Positions 21,588-32,411 are shown, counted from the stretch's first letter. The stretch is 64,000 nt of DNA from Desulfomicrobium sp. (GCA_040768745.1 JAXGMI010000002.1:860125-924124); one strand, 5' to 3'. Made by a program: numbers and translations. The notes: generated by a model not told the origin, from the letters alone.

Positions 21588-21614
21588 GTGAACTTCAGGA
21601 GCGGGTTTAGCGTG

Positions 21615-21941
21615 CTAGCCGCCGAAGGAACCGGCGCCAAGAACTTCCAAGGCCTTGGTGTAATGCACCCTGACCAATCCGATCTTGTCCTCCAGATCCT
21701 TGGCCGCAGCCTGAACTCCTTCCAGGGGACATTCGGATTCGAGTTGAGAGGTTTTGCTTTCGATCTCGCGAACCAGCGCTTTGATTTCCGCAACGGTGTT
21801 CAGCAGCTTTCCGCGATCGGCATCTTTCAGGTCCATGAAGCTGACCATCACATCGTATAATGTCGCCTTCCAGGCAGTCAGTTCACCTTCGACTCCCTTG
21901 CAGTAACTCTTGACTGCCAGTTTCTTTGCATCATCCGACAT
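21615..21941 (-). CDS. Hypothetical helical protein (108 aa)
   Basis: Clean ORF MSDDAKKLAVKSYCKG..., GAAGG RBS, followed by a terminator. Confidence 0.7.
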   Translation of the reverse strand: MSDDAKKLAVKSYCKGVEGELTAWKATLYDVMVSFMDLKDADRGKLLNTVAEIKALVREIESKTSQLESECPLEGVQAAAKDLEDKIGLVRVHYTKALEVLGAGSFGG

Positions 21942-22250
21942 GCAGCCTTCAATAGCCGAGCAGCCCCATCCAGGTCCGGGATAATCCATGTTTACCATAA
22001 CGACCTCCAAACACGGTGTTGAAGTGTTCATGATGAGAATTCGCTATCAAAAAACTCATAATCTTTACAAAAGATAATAGCAAGCTTTATTCATATTCTG
22101 GCAAGGGGGGAGGAGCCTATTTTTCCATTTCCGTCATCTTCCTTTGCCAAGACTGAACGTCGCATCCTTTGGGACGAAACGTAATCCCTCCGGGAGCGCT
22201 TTGGAAACGCCGAAGTGCCGGACAAGGACGAGCGTTCCCGACGCGCAAAC

Positions 22251-22285
22251 AAAAAAGGGCGGTTTCCTCACAGAGATCGCCCTTT
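22251..22285 (-). terminator. Terminator after cyclophilin gene
   Basis: AAAGGGCG...CGCCCTTT stem with A-tract. Confidence 0.6.
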
Positions 22286-22320
22286 GTCTTCCACCCCGAC
22301 GCACTGCGTTCTCACCTTCT

Positions 22321-22860
22321 CTACTTCACCACTTCCGCCCTTTCGATGACAACGGTTTCTGCGGGCACGTCCTGGAAACCTGTCTTCACGGCATCGATGG
22401 CATCGACAACCTTCTGCCCTTCCACGACCTTGCCGAAAACTGCATAGCCGAAATCGCGCACGCCGTGGTCCAGGAAGGCGTTGTCCGCCGTGTTGATGAA
22501 GAACTGGGACGTGGCCGAATTGACCTCCCCGGTGCGGGCCATGGCAATGGTGTACTTGCCGTTCTTCAGGCCGTTGGCGGCCTCGTTCCTGATGGGGGCG
22601 TGTCCCTTTTTCCGGGACATGGATGCGTCCATGCCGCCGCCCTGGATCATGAACCCCTTGATGACCCGGTGGAAAACCGTGCCGGAGTAGAAGCCCTCTT
22701 TCACGTACGTCAGAAAGTTCTCCACCGTGACCGGGGCCTTGGCCGCGTCAAGTTCCAGGACAATGACGCCCTTGTTCGTGGTCAGGGCGACCTTGGGACC
22801 GGCCCAGGCCGTGGTGACGGTCAGGCAGAACAGGGCGGAAACGAAGAGAAATGTGCGCAT
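22321..22860 (-). CDS. ppiA: Periplasmic cyclophilin-type peptidyl-prolyl isomerase
   Basis: Signal peptide, [19 protein letters not shown]...[16 protein letters not shown]. Confidence 0.92.
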   Translation of the reverse strand: MRTFLFVSALFCLTVTTAWAGPKVALTTNKGVIVLELDAAKAPVTVENFLTYVKEGFYSGTVFHRVIKGFMIQGGGMDASMSRKKGHAPIRNEAANGLKNGKYTIAMARTGEVNSATSQFFINTADNAFLDHGVRDFGYAVFGKVVEGQKVVDAIDAVKTGFQDVPAETVVIERAEVVK

Positions 22861-22873
22861 GATGTACCTTTCT

Positions 22874-23422
22874 TTAAAAGATTACGGCTTCGAACCACCA
22901 CACCTCGGTCTTGGGCTTGCGCCAAGTCCCCCTGGGCAGCCCCGCCTTGACGCAGGTCTGGTCCAGGAACGTGTCCCGGTCCCAGCCCCATTCCGTGGCC
23001 ACTTGCGGCAGGAGCAGGCCCGAATGCATGGACCTGCGGATGTACAGTCCGTGCCGGCCGACCTCGATGAGCTCCGGGTCCGGACAGGGGGTCAGGGGAC
23101 CCATGACCGAGATCTCGATTTCCAGGTCCTCAAGTTCCCCGACTGTAACCGGGGGGAAGCGCGGATCCTCGAAGGCCGCGGCTCCGGCCATGCGCTCGAT
23201 GGTGGCGATGAGCGGACCACGGCCAACGATATTGCCGATGCAGCCGCGCAGGCGGCCGTGTTTTTTCAGGGTCACGAAGGCTCCCAGCTCCGCGTTCAGA
23301 GTGTCCGACTCGAAGCTGGGTTTCTCGCAGGGCAACCCCAAATGCCGGGAAATGACAAAGCGGACCAGATCCTTGCAGAAACCCTTTTCTGCATCGGTCA
23401 GGGTCAGTTGAAAGTCCTGCAT
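22874..23422 (-). CDS. amrA: AmmeMemoRadiSam system protein A (AMMECR1 family)
   Basis: GAFVTL...[26 protein letters not shown]. Confidence 0.9.
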   Translation of the reverse strand: MQDFQLTLTDAEKGFCKDLVRFVISRHLGLPCEKPSFESDTLNAELGAFVTLKKHGRLRGCIGNIVGRGPLIATIERMAGAAAFEDPRFPPVTVGELEDLEIEISVMGPLTPCPDPELIEVGRHGLYIRRSMHSGLLLPQVATEWGWDRDTFLDQTCVKAGLPRGTWRKPKTEVWWFEAVIF

Positions 23423-23594
23423 GACGGCCTCCAGGGAGGATTCAAGAAATCCTCTTCTGCTGTTGCTGCTCCAAAAAACTCGCACCCCCGTGCGCTCTGT
23501 CCGCATGCCGCCTTGAACTTATCGTTCCCATGCGGGCACAGGCACCGTGCAGAAGAAATTTTGAACAGCCCCTGGGTCATTGTTCAACACGCTT

Positions 23595-24266
23595 CTAGCC
23601 ATTGAAGGGGTGTTCCAGCGGGGGGTTGGTCCAGAACTGACCGGAAAAAACACGGGCTCCCCCGGCCACGACCACCTGCCGTTCCTGGACGCGCACCCGG
23701 CCCTGGGCGATCCACTGCAGGGCCTGGGGGTAGATGCGATGCTCCATGTCCAGGATGCGCGCGCCCAGGGACGCCTCATCATCGTCCGCGAAGGCGGGCA
23801 CCGCGGCCTGGATGACGATGGGGCCGTGGTCCATCTGTTCGTCCACGAAGTGCACCGTGCACCCGGCCAGGCGCACCCCATGCTCGGCCTGCTGCCGCTG
23901 GGCGTGCAGGCCGGGGCAGGCCGGCAGCAGGGCCGGATGGATGTTGAGCACGCGGCCGGCATAGGGCGTCAGGAACTCGGGGGTGAGGATGCGCATGAAC
24001 CCGGCCAGGGCCACCCACTCCACCCCCGCCTCCCGCAGCAGGCGGACCAACTCGCGGTCAAAGTCCTCCCGTTGCGGGAAGTCCGTGTGCAGGACACTGG
24101 CCGCGGAGATGCGCGCTTTCCGGGCGCGCGCCAGCCCCAGGGCATCCGCCCTGTTGGCGATGACGACGCGGATGTCCGCGTCAAGGCTCCCCTCCCGCAC
24201 CCGGTCCAGGATGGCCTGCAGGTTGGAGCCCGAGCCGGAGACAAGGACGCCCAGGGCGATGGTCAT
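23595..24266 (-). CDS. purN: Phosphoribosylglycinamide formyltransferase
   Basis: VSGSGSNLQA, LAGFMRIL, NIHPALLP, GCTVHFV...DHGPI. Confidence 0.96.
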   Translation of the reverse strand: MTIALGVLVSGSGSNLQAILDRVREGSLDADIRVVIANRADALGLARARKARISAASVLHTDFPQREDFDRELVRLLREAGVEWVALAGFMRILTPEFLTPYAGRVLNIHPALLPACPGLHAQRQQAEHGVRLAGCTVHFVDEQMDHGPIVIQAAVPAFADDDEASLGARILDMEHRIYPQALQWIAQGRVRVQERQVVVAGGARVFSGQFWTNPPLEHPFNG

Positions 24267-24270
24267 CGGC

Positions 24271-25779
24271 TCATCCCTTGACCAGAGCGCCCACCAGGGC
24301 CGGGATGGTGTAGTCCTCCGGCATGATGTCCGGGGTGAAGCCGAACTGCTTCAGGGTTTTCGCCGTTACGGGTCCGATGCAGCAGATCTTGAGGCCCTTG
24401 CCCACGTAGGGACGCAGGGTGTCGGCCGGGACCAGGGCGAAGAAGTTCTCCACCGTGGAGGAGCTGGAGAAGGTCAGGAAGTGCAGCCTGCCCTTTTCCA
24501 GGAGCGAGACAATCTCGGCCCCGTCCTCCTGGGTCAGCTTCGTCTCGTAGACCGGCAGCACGTCGACATGCGCCGCGACCTTGGCCAGTTCCTCGGGCAG
24601 CACCTCGCGGGCGACCTTGGCCCTGGGGATGAGAACCTTTTTGCCAGCCACACCGCGCTCCAGCAGCCCCTGGACCACGGACTCGGCCACGTACTTGGGC
24701 GGGATGAAGTCGGGGCGGATGCCGCGCTCAAGCAGGGCCTCGGCCGTGGCCGGACCGATGGCCGCCACCTGCGAGGCCCCCAGGGCCCGGGCATCCTTGC
24801 CGACCAGCTCGAGCTGGTACCAGAAATGGCGCACGCCGTTGACCGAGGTGAAGATGACCCAGTCGTAATCGGCAAGCCTGTCGATGGCCTCGCGCACCGA
24901 AGCGTAGTCCTCCAGGGGCACGATGGTGATGGTCGGGAATTCGTAGCAGGCCGCCCCCAGGCGCTCCAGGGTGTCCTTCAAACCGCTGGCCTGCTCGCGG
25001 GCGCGGGTCACGACCACGCCTTTGCCATGCAGGGGCAGCTTCTCGAACCAGTTCAGGGTGTCGTGCAGCTGCACCACCTCGCCCACCACGAGCATGGACG
25101 GGGCCTTGACCCCCTCGCGCTCGGCCAGGGCCGAGATCTCGCTCACGGTGGAGACCCAGGACCTGTGCTTGGATGTCGTACCCCAGCGCACCAGGGCCGC
25201 GGGCATGTCGGGGCGCATGCCGTGCTCCATGAGCTTGCCCGTGATGTAGGGCAGGTTCTTGACGCCCATGTAGAAGCACAGGGTGCTGGCCGCCGTGGCC
25301 AGGGCCGGCCAGTTGTGGGCCGAATCGGGCTTGGTCGGGTCCTCGTGGCCGGTGATGAGGGATACGGAGGAGGCGTACTTGCGGTGCGTCAGCGGGATGC
25401 CCGCGTAGGCCGGGCCGGCCACGGCCGAAGTCACGCCGGGCACGACCTCGAACTCCAGGCCCGCTTCAAGGAGTTCCTCGGCCTCCTCGGCGCCGCGGCC
25501 GAAGATGTACGGGTCGCCGCCCTTGAGGCGCGCCACGTCCTTGCCTTCCCTGACCTTGGTCACGATGAGCTCGTTGATCTGCTCCTGGGGCAGGGTGTGC
25601 TCCCCGCCCTTCTTGCCCACGTAGATGATCTCGGCGTCGGGGCGGCACAGGGACAGAAAGCTCTTGTTGGCGAGGTAGTCGTAGATGACGACCTCGCACT
25701 CCCCCAGGAGGCGCTGCCCCTTGACCGTGATGAGGCCGGGGTCGCCCGGACCCGCGCCAATGAGATACGCTTTGGCCAT
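24271..25779 (-). CDS. cobA: Uroporphyrinogen-III C-methyltransferase / synthase fusion (CobA-HemD)
   Basis: LIGAGPGDPGLIT, RLKGGDPYIFGRG; HemD half with VVTRAREQA, FTSVNGV, AIGPAT, FSSSSTV. Confidence 0.95.
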   Translation of the reverse strand: MAKAYLIGAGPGDPGLITVKGQRLLGECEVVIYDYLANKSFLSLCRPDAEIIYVGKKGGEHTLPQEQINELIVTKVREGKDVARLKGGDPYIFGRGAEEAEELLEAGLEFEVVPGVTSAVAGPAYAGIPLTHRKYASSVSLITGHEDPTKPDSAHNWPALATAASTLCFYMGVKNLPYITGKLMEHGMRPDMPAALVRWGTTSKHRSWVSTVSEISALAEREGVKAPSMLVVGEVVQLHDTLNWFEKLPLHGKGVVVTRAREQASGLKDTLERLGAACYEFPTITIVPLEDYASVREAIDRLADYDWVIFTSVNGVRHFWYQLELVGKDARALGASQVAAIGPATAEALLERGIRPDFIPPKYVAESVVQGLLERGVAGKKVLIPRAKVAREVLPEELAKVAAHVDVLPVYETKLTQEDGAEIVSLLEKGRLHFLTFSSSSTVENFFALVPADTLRPYVGKGLKICCIGPVTAKTLKQFGFTPDIMPEDYTIPALVGALVKG

Positions 25780-25850
25780 GATGTTTCCTTTGGTTTACAT
25801 ATTCCGGGACAGCCATGTCCGCGGCCGGAGGCCTTCGGACTGCCGGGAGG

Positions 25851-25936
25851 AGGCATGGATCCCCGCCTGCGCGGGGATGACGCCGAGACGGCGAGTCACT
25901 TCAAGGTCATTCCCGCGCAGGCGGGAATCCATGCCT
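25851..25936. repeat. REP doublet (REPIN-like) of GTCATTCCCGCGCAGGCGGGAATCCA type
   Basis: 31-bp inverted arms 25851-25881 and 25906-25936 (29/31 match), each internally palindromic. Confidence 0.85.
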
Positions 25937-25960
25937 TTACCTTTTCAAGAATGAAGAACG

Positions 25961-28624
25961 TCACCCGACGAACTCCTGCACCTTGGCCCGCAGCTGCTCC
26001 AGGGCGGCCTTCTTCTCGGCGAACTCCGCCGCCTTGGCCTTCTCCTTGGCCACCACGTCCTCGGGGGCCTTGCTGACGAAGCTCTCGTTGCCGAGCTTCT
26101 TGGTCACGAAATCGAGTTCCTTGGTGATCTTGCCCAGTTCCTTGTCCAGGCGGGCCAGCTCGGCCACGAAGTCCACCACGCCGGCCAGGGGCACGAAGAG
26201 TTCGCAGCCGCGGACCACGGCCGAGGCGCAGCCCCTGGGCGGCTCGATGTCCGGGGCCGCGGTCAGGGACCCGACCCGGGCCAGGGCCGCGATCTCGGTC
26301 TCGTGGGCCACCAGGAAGGCCTGGTCCTCGCCGCCGGCGCGCACCAGCACGTTCAGGGCCACGCCCGGTGCCACGCCCAATTCGGCCCTGATGTTGCGCA
26401 CGGCCACAACCACTCCCTGCAGGAACTCCATGTCGCGCACGGCCCCCTCGTCCTCCCACTCGGGGCGGGCCTTGGGATAGGGTCTGTGGGCCAGGAGCTC
26501 GGCGTCCAGGGCCGGGATAGAGGACCAGATCTCCTGGGTCACGAAGGGGATGATGGGATGAGCCACGATCATGATCTCGGAAAGCACGTGCTTCAGGCAC
26601 GAGCGCGCCGCGGCCCTGGCCGCCCCGTCCTCGCCGTAGAGTTCGGGCTTGATCAGCTCCAGGTACCAGTCGCAGAACTCGCGCCAGACAAAGCCGTAGA
26701 GGCCCTGGGCCGCCTCGTTGAAGCGGTAGCCCTCGATCTGCGCCGCGTGCTCCTTCTTGAGCACCTCCAGGCGGTGCAGGATCCACTTGTGGTGCAGCCC
26801 GGTCAGGGTCCCCGGGTCGAACTCGGGTTCGCTGCCGTCCACATGCATGAGGGCGAAGCGGGCCGCGTTCCAGACCTTGTTGATGAAATGCCGGTAGCCC
26901 TCGATGCGCGCCTCGGACAGCTTGATGTCGCGGCCCATGGCCGCGAACGAGGTCAGGGTGAAGCGCAGGGAGTCGCAGCCATACGTGTCGATCATCTCCA
27001 GGGGGTCGATGACGTTGCCCGTGGACTTGGACATCTTCTTGCCGTGCTCGTCGCGGACCAGAGCGTGGATATAGACGTCCCTGAAGGGCACCTCGCCCAT
27101 GAACTGCAGGCCCATCATCATCATGCGGGCCACCCAGAAGAAGAGGATGTCGAAGCCCGTGACCAGGAGCGACGTCGGGTAGAAGGCCGCCAGCTCGTCC
27201 GTCTGCTCCGGCCAGCCAAGAGTCGAGAATGGCCACAGGGCCGAGGAGAACCAGGTGTCCAGCACGTCCTCATCCTGCACCAGGTTGGCACTGCCGCACG
27301 CGCAGGCCGTCGGGTCCTGGCGGGCCACGATGACCTTGCCGCAGTCCTGGCAGGTCCAGACCGGGATACGATGCCCCCACCACAGCTGGCGCGAGATGCA
27401 CCAGTCGCGGATGTTGTCCAGCCAGTTGTAGTAGGTCTTGGTCCATTGCTCCGGCCAGATGGTTGTGTGGCCGTTCTCCACCGCCGCCCTCGCCTTTTCG
27501 GCCAGGGGCTTGACGGACACGAACCATTGCTCGGACACGAAGGGCTCGATGACCGTCTTGCAACGGTAGCACTGGTTGACCTTGTTCTCGTAGGGCTCCT
27601 CGGACACCAGGGATCCGCAGGCCCGCAGATCGACGACGATGCGCTCTCGGCATTCGGCGGCGGTCAGGCCGCGGTAGGCCTCGGGCGCGTTGTCGTTCAT
27701 GCGGCCCTGGTCGTCGATGACACTGATGGCTTCCAGGCCGTGCTTGCGGCCCAGCTCCCAGTCGTTCATGTCGTGGGCCGGGGTGATCTTCAGGCAGCCG
27801 GTGCCGAACTCGCGGTCCACGTAGGGGTCGGCAATGACCGGGATGCGACGGTCCACCAGGGGCAGGATGACGAACTTGCCGACCATGGACTGGTAGCGTT
27901 CGTCCTCGGGATGCACTGCCACGGCCGTGTCGCCGAGCATGGTCTCGGGCCGGACCGTGGCCACGGTCACGTAACCCGAACCGTCCTCCAGGGGGTAGCG
28001 CAGGTGGTAGAGCGTGGACTTGGCCGGGGCGTACTCGACCTCGTCATCGGCCAGGGCCGTGTGGCAGCGGGTGCACCAGTTGACGATGTACTTGCCGCGG
28101 TAGACCAGGCCCTGCTCGTAGAGGGAGACGAAGACTTCGCGCACGGCCTTGGACAACCCCTCGTCCATGGTGAAGCGCTCGCGGGTCCAGTCGACGCTTG
28201 CCCCAAGGCGGCGGATCTGGTTCAGGATGCGTCCGCCGTAGTCCTCCTTCCATTCCCAGACGCGCTCGATGAAGGCCTCGCGGCCCAGGTCCTCGCGGCG
28301 CTTGCCTTCGGCCAGGAGCTTGCGTTCCACCACGTTCTGGGTGGCGATGCCCGCGTGGTCCGTACCCACCACCCAGAGGACGGTCCTGCCGCGCTGGCGC
28401 ATGAAGCGGCACAGGATGTCCTGCAGGGTGATATTGAGGGCGTGGCCCATGTGCAGGGCTCCGGTGACATTGGGCGGGGGGATGACGATGGAGTAGTTGT
28501 TCCCCGGCTGAGCGGCGGCCTTGGCCGCGTCGGGGGTGAAGGTGCGCCGTGAAGTCCATGCTTCGAGCCAACGCTTTTCAACTTCTGCAGGTTCGTATCC
28601 CTTGGCAAGGGTCTCTGTGGACAT
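25961..28624 (-). CDS. valS: Valine--tRNA ligase
   Basis: PPPNVTGALHMGH, DWCISRQLWWGH, KMSKS, C-terminal coiled coil. Confidence 0.98.
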   Translation of the reverse strand: MSTETLAKGYEPAEVEKRWLEAWTSRRTFTPDAAKAAAQPGNNYSIVIPPPNVTGALHMGHALNITLQDILCRFMRQRGRTVLWVVGTDHAGIATQNVVERKLLAEGKRREDLGREAFIERVWEWKEDYGGRILNQIRRLGASVDWTRERFTMDEGLSKAVREVFVSLYEQGLVYRGKYIVNWCTRCHTALADDEVEYAPAKSTLYHLRYPLEDGSGYVTVATVRPETMLGDTAVAVHPEDERYQSMVGKFVILPLVDRRIPVIADPYVDREFGTGCLKITPAHDMNDWELGRKHGLEAISVIDDQGRMNDNAPEAYRGLTAAECRERIVVDLRACGSLVSEEPYENKVNQCYRCKTVIEPFVSEQWFVSVKPLAEKARAAVENGHTTIWPEQWTKTYYNWLDNIRDWCISRQLWWGHRIPVWTCQDCGKVIVARQDPTACACGSANLVQDEDVLDTWFSSALWPFSTLGWPEQTDELAAFYPTSLLVTGFDILFFWVARMMMMGLQFMGEVPFRDVYIHALVRDEHGKKMSKSTGNVIDPLEMIDTYGCDSLRFTLTSFAAMGRDIKLSEARIEGYRHFINKVWNAARFALMHVDGSEPEFDPGTLTGLHHKWILHRLEVLKKEHAAQIEGYRFNEAAQGLYGFVWREFCDWYLELIKPELYGEDGAARAAARSCLKHVLSEIMIVAHPIIPFVTQEIWSSIPALDAELLAHRPYPKARPEWEDEGAVRDMEFLQGVVVAVRNIRAELGVAPGVALNVLVRAGGEDQAFLVAHETEIAALARVGSLTAAPDIEPPRGCASAVVRGCELFVPLAGVVDFVAELARLDKELGKITKELDFVTKKLGNESFVSKAPEDVVAKEKAKAAEFAEKKAALEQLRAKVQEFVG

Positions 28625-28770
28625 ATCCGTAGAACTCCAGATCGCGAGCTGTTTGCTGAAGAAAAACGCCGCGCGGGCCGGCGTCGCAGAAGCAAAAATG
28701 AGTACCGGGGGGGATGTCAAAAATCAAGCCTGACTTGCCCGCCATGTCCCGACCTGCTAGGGCCGAAACC

Positions 28771-30018
28771 ATGCGCAACACGCCACCATCCCCGGCCCTC
28801 TTGTGGGACGAATCGCATCTCTGGGGCATCCTGCTCCTTCGGGCCCTTCATGCCCTGGATGTTCCGGTCACGGTTGTCAGTGCGGAACAGGTCCGCTCGG
28901 GCATCCTCTCCGCCACGGATCCAGGCATGCTCTTGGTCCCCGGAGGCTGGGCCAAGCTCAAATCCCTGGCATTGGGCGAAGACGGACGCGAAGCCATCCG
29001 GGAGTACGTGCGGGGCGGAGGCGTCTACCTGGGTTTCTGCGGCGGCGCGGGCCTGGGCCTGGCCTCGGAACCCGGAATCCCGCTGCTGGACCTGTGCTCC
29101 TGGTCGCGTAAACCTGCCACCCAGCGGCTGCCCAATTTCAGCGGGCATATGAACTGTATGGTCGGCCTGGACGGACCCCTTCACCAGGAACGGCTGCCCG
29201 TGTGGTGGCCTTCCCAGTTCGCACCTGACCCCGAGGCACCTCTGGAAATCCTGGCCAGGTACGAAAGTCCGGGGCCCGACTTCTGGTCCGCCGACCTGGA
29301 CTGGTCCGCAGTGGCGCCCACGGAAGTGGGACGATGGGAGGAATTCTACGGGATAAACCTCGATCCCGGCCTTCTGCGCGGGGACCCCTGCATCGTGCGC
29401 GGAAGATACGGACGCGGCTCCTTCATCCTGAGCTACCCCCACCTGGAAACCCCTAATTCGCCCCAGGCCAACAGTCTGCTGGCGCACCTCCTGGGACGGT
29501 CCCGGTCTGCAACTGTCCCGGAATGGAACCTTGATTTCCAGGCTCCGGTCTGGGATGACCCCGCCCTGGGGCGGATGCACTCCTTCCTGGCCGAACTGAT
29601 CCGCTTCGGGCAGAATCATTTCCTGCTCTTCTGGCGCACGCCCTGGCTCTTGGGTTGGCGGCGCGGTGTGCCCGGCTCGCCCCTGACCTTCCTGGCGACC
29701 ATGGTCTGGCAAGCCCGACACTCCCCGGCCTCGGAGCAGGCCCGCGCCTTCTGGGCCACCCAGGGGGCACACTGCATGCGTGCCTGCCAGGACTTCTGCG
29801 GGCAGGCCAAAACCTACCTGCTCCTGGAGCGGCGCATCCTCGCCTCCTCCCCGTCCTCGCCCGAAGCCAGCGCCTCACCAGAGCTGCAACGCCGCAAGGT
29901 GGAACTGTTCGGAAAATTCCCTGGCTACGGGGGACTGTACGGGGAGATCCTGGGCAGTCTGGACAGGTTGGTATGGCTGCAGATCACACCGCAAGGCGGT
30001 GGGACAGATCGGCCTTGA
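28771..30018 (+). CDS. BPL-N / class I glutamine amidotransferase-like domain protein
   Basis: LLVPGG...YLGFCGGAG and LSYPHLE motifs; start uncertain (28714/28744/28771). Confidence 0.7.
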   Translation: MRNTPPSPALLWDESHLWGILLLRALHALDVPVTVVSAEQVRSGILSATDPGMLLVPGGWAKLKSLALGEDGREAIREYVRGGGVYLGFCGGAGLGLASEPGIPLLDLCSWSRKPATQRLPNFSGHMNCMVGLDGPLHQERLPVWWPSQFAPDPEAPLEILARYESPGPDFWSADLDWSAVAPTEVGRWEEFYGINLDPGLLRGDPCIVRGRYGRGSFILSYPHLETPNSPQANSLLAHLLGRSRSATVPEWNLDFQAPVWDDPALGRMHSFLAELIRFGQNHFLLFWRTPWLLGWRRGVPGSPLTFLATMVWQARHSPASEQARAFWATQGAHCMRACQDFCGQAKTYLLLERRILASSPSSPEASASPELQRRKVELFGKFPGYGGLYGEILGSLDRLVWLQITPQGGGTDRP

Positions 30019-30751
30019 GGCATGCAAAGCGTTCTGTCTGCGGGAGCGTGGCAAAAATTTGCTCCAGGTGGCCGCGTGCGGCGAAAATCTGGCGGCTGGC
30101 GCGCAAAGACAGCTTCGGCCCCCAGGAAGCCAGAAGCAATTTGAAATCGTTCAAATACCCCAGATCGGCATAGGCAGGATTCGCACCCCTCTCCACGATC
30201 TTTAGGACGGACGCAGTCCAGGCCCCGGCATCGTCAACCAGACCCAGGGTGACCACCGGATCCCGTGGCCCGCCGGGGCGCATTTTGGACAGGACCACAG
30301 GCACGATGTCGAGTTTGTCTCCGTCCCTGACCACCTCGCACATGGACCTGGTCAGTGGGTCCAGGCTCCCGGGCAGCTCCCGCTTGTTGTGCAGCTCCAC
30401 GGTCTGCACAATGCGCTGGCGCTCTCCCGGTTTCAACGCATCCAGATAGTTCCCTGTCCGCAGGACCTGCGCCCCTTCGCTGCCATGGTCCACGGAACGG
30501 TCATCACGAAAGGTCCCGAAGCGCTCGAACTGGGAAAAGCGGCCGATGTCGTGCAGCAGGGCCGCGGCCCGGTAGATCCACGGCTGGGAAAGATCCTCCC
30601 TGGCCACGATTCTGGAAACCAGTGCGTGGACGCGCAGGGAGTGGTCGCGTTTGAGGACAATGTGCTCCCTTCCCTGCCCCACACGGCTCTCGTATGCCGC
30701 CGCAAGGGCCACAAAGCGACCCATGAGGCGCCGCTGATCCTCCCTGTGCAT
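29984..30751 (-). CDS. HD-domain phosphohydrolase
   Basis: KRDHSLRV, LLHDIGRF, DHG, VRDGDKLD. Confidence 0.85.
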   Translation of the reverse strand: MHREDQRRLMGRFVALAAAYESRVGQGREHIVLKRDHSLRVHALVSRIVAREDLSQPWIYRAAALLHDIGRFSQFERFGTFRDDRSVDHGSEGAQVLRTGNYLDALKPGERQRIVQTVELHNKRELPGSLDPLTRSMCEVVRDGDKLDIVPVVLSKMRPGGPRDPVVTLGLVDDAGAWTASVLKIVERGANPAYADLGYLNDFKLLLASWGPKLSLRASRQIFAARGHLEQIFATLPQTERFACLKADLSHRLAV

Positions 30752-30942
30752 CAGATGCCCTGGTAGAACTTGTAGAAATCCTTGTCGATCAGGAGAAGGA
30801 ACCCATCCTCGGCCTCCTCGAAGCGGATGACCTGGGCCGGGTCCAGGGCCACGTCCAGGGCATACTCGGCCAGGCGGCTGGCCTCCTTTTTGGCGGCCTC
30901 ATCCAGTTCTTTGAATTTTCCCATTTCGATCCACTGACTCAT
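30751..30942 (-). CDS. Small hypothetical protein (63 aa)
   Basis: GGAG RBS; stop overlaps the start of the HD gene (translational coupling). Confidence 0.7.
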   Translation of the reverse strand: MSQWIEMGKFKELDEAAKKEASRLAEYALDVALDPAQVIRFEEAEDGFLLLIDKDFYKFYQGI

Positions 30943-30965
30943 GCTTCTCTCCCGCCCCTCAGGGC

Positions 30966-32411
30966 CTATTTTCTCCAGAATTCAGGAATGAACAGCACCA
31001 GAATGGTATAAATTTCCAGCCGCCCCAGCAGCATGCAAAAGGTCAGCACCCATTTGGACAGCCATGGCAGCCCCCCGTAGTTGTCCACGGGTCCGACCTC
31101 GCCCAGACCCGGGCCGACATTGCCAATGCAGGCCACCACGGCAGAAAAGGCCGTCAGTACGTCCACCCCCATGGCCGTGAGGGCCAGACCAGAGAGGACG
31201 AAAAGGATGACGAAAAGGATGAAGAATCCCAGGATGCTGTTCAGCACCTCGTCCCTGACCAGCTTCTGCCCGAATTTGACCTGCACCACGGCCCTGGGAT
31301 GCACCAGTCTGAACAGCTCCCTGTAGGCGTGGTTGATGAGCAGCATGACCCGCATGCACTTGATCCCGCCGGCAGTGGATCCGGCGCAGCCGCCCACGAA
31401 CATGCACAACAGGAGCAGGCCCTGGGTCAAGGGTGCCCACAGCTCGTAATCCGCCGTGGCGAACCCCGTGGTGGTGATGATGGAAGCAACCTGAAACAGG
31501 CTGAATCGCAGGGCTTCGGACCAGGAGGAATAATTCGCCCCGTGGGTGTACACCGTGATCACCCCGGTGATGACCCCGATGACGGCCACGAAAAACCTGC
31601 ATTCCGGATCCCGCCACAAGGCCAGGGGTCTGCCGCGGAAGAGCTGGAAATGCAGGGCGAAGTTCATCCCGGCCACGATCATGAACACGGAGATCACATA
31701 GTCGATGTAGGCCGAGTCGTAGGCGGCGACGGAGGTGTTGCGGGTGGAGAAGCCCCCCGTGGCCATGGTGCCGAAGGCATGGCAGAGGCCATCGAAGAAA
31801 TCCATGCCCCCGGTCAGGAGAAGAATCGTCTGCACCGCGGTGAACAGCACATAGACCTTCCACAGCGTCATGGCCGTGTCCTTGATGCGCGGCTGCAGCT
31901 TGTCCGCCACCGGCCCCGGCACCTCGGCCTTGAAAAGCTGCATGCCGCCGACGCCCAGGAAGGGCAGGATGGCGATGGTCAGCACAATGATGCCCATGCC
32001 CCCCAGCCAGTGGGTCAGACTGCGCCAGAACAGCAGCCCCTTGGGCAGCGCCTCGATGTTGCTCAGGATGGACGCCCCTGTGGTGGTGAACCCGGACACG
32101 GATTCGAAAACCGCATCCGTGAAGGACGGAAAACCGCCGAGGACAAAGGGCAGGGCCCCGAATACCCCGCATGTCGCCCAGGCCAGGGCGACAATGACCA
32201 TGCCTTCGCGGTGGTTGATGACCAGGGGATTGGGCCGGCGGAAAAAGAACATGAGAAACGCGCCGGCCAGAACCGTGACGCAGAGGGAGAGAAAAAGGGG
32301 CGCCACCGAACCGTCGGCGTAATACACCCCGCAGAGCAGGGGCAGGGACATGCACAACCCCACGCACAGAAGGATCAGGCCCGTCACGTGCCAGGCAATG
32401 TTCCAGCGCAT
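30966..32411 (-). CDS. trkH: Trk potassium uptake membrane protein
   Basis: FESVSGFTTTGAS, TGGFS, TTTGF, GNVGPG, LGRLE. Confidence 0.96.
   Translation of the reverse strand: MRWNIAWHVTGLILLCVGLCMSLPLLCGVYYADGSVAPLFLSLCVTVLAGAFLMFFFRRPNPLVINHREGMVIVALAWATCGVFGALPFVLGGFPSFTDAVFESVSGFTTTGASILSNIEALPKGLLFWRSLTHWLGGMGIIVLTIAILPFLGVGGMQLFKAEVPGPVADKLQPRIKDTAMTLWKVYVLFTAVQTILLLTGGMDFFDGLCHAFGTMATGGFSTRNTSVAAYDSAYIDYVISVFMIVAGMNFALHFQLFRGRPLALWRDPECRFFVAVIGVITGVITVYTHGANYSSWSEALRFSLFQVASIITTTGFATADYELWAPLTQGLLLLCMFVGGCAGSTAGGIKCMRVMLLINHAYRELFRLVHPRAVVQVKFGQKLVRDEVLNSILGFFILFVILFVLSGLALTAMGVDVLTAFSAVVACIGNVGPGLGEVGPVDNYGGLPWLSKWVLTFCMLLGRLEIYTILVLFIPEFWRK

Noticed and set aside
22030..22052. Fur-box-like sequence TGATGAGAATTCGCTATCA upstream of the hypothetical gene
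   Set aside because: Symmetry and spacing deviate from the 7-1-7 Fur consensus; too weak to call.
23595..28624. Apparent higher-GC block across purN-cobA-valS suggesting horizontal replacement
   Set aside because: Spot counts overlap those of lon and clpX; cannot be supported without a computed GC3 or codon analysis.
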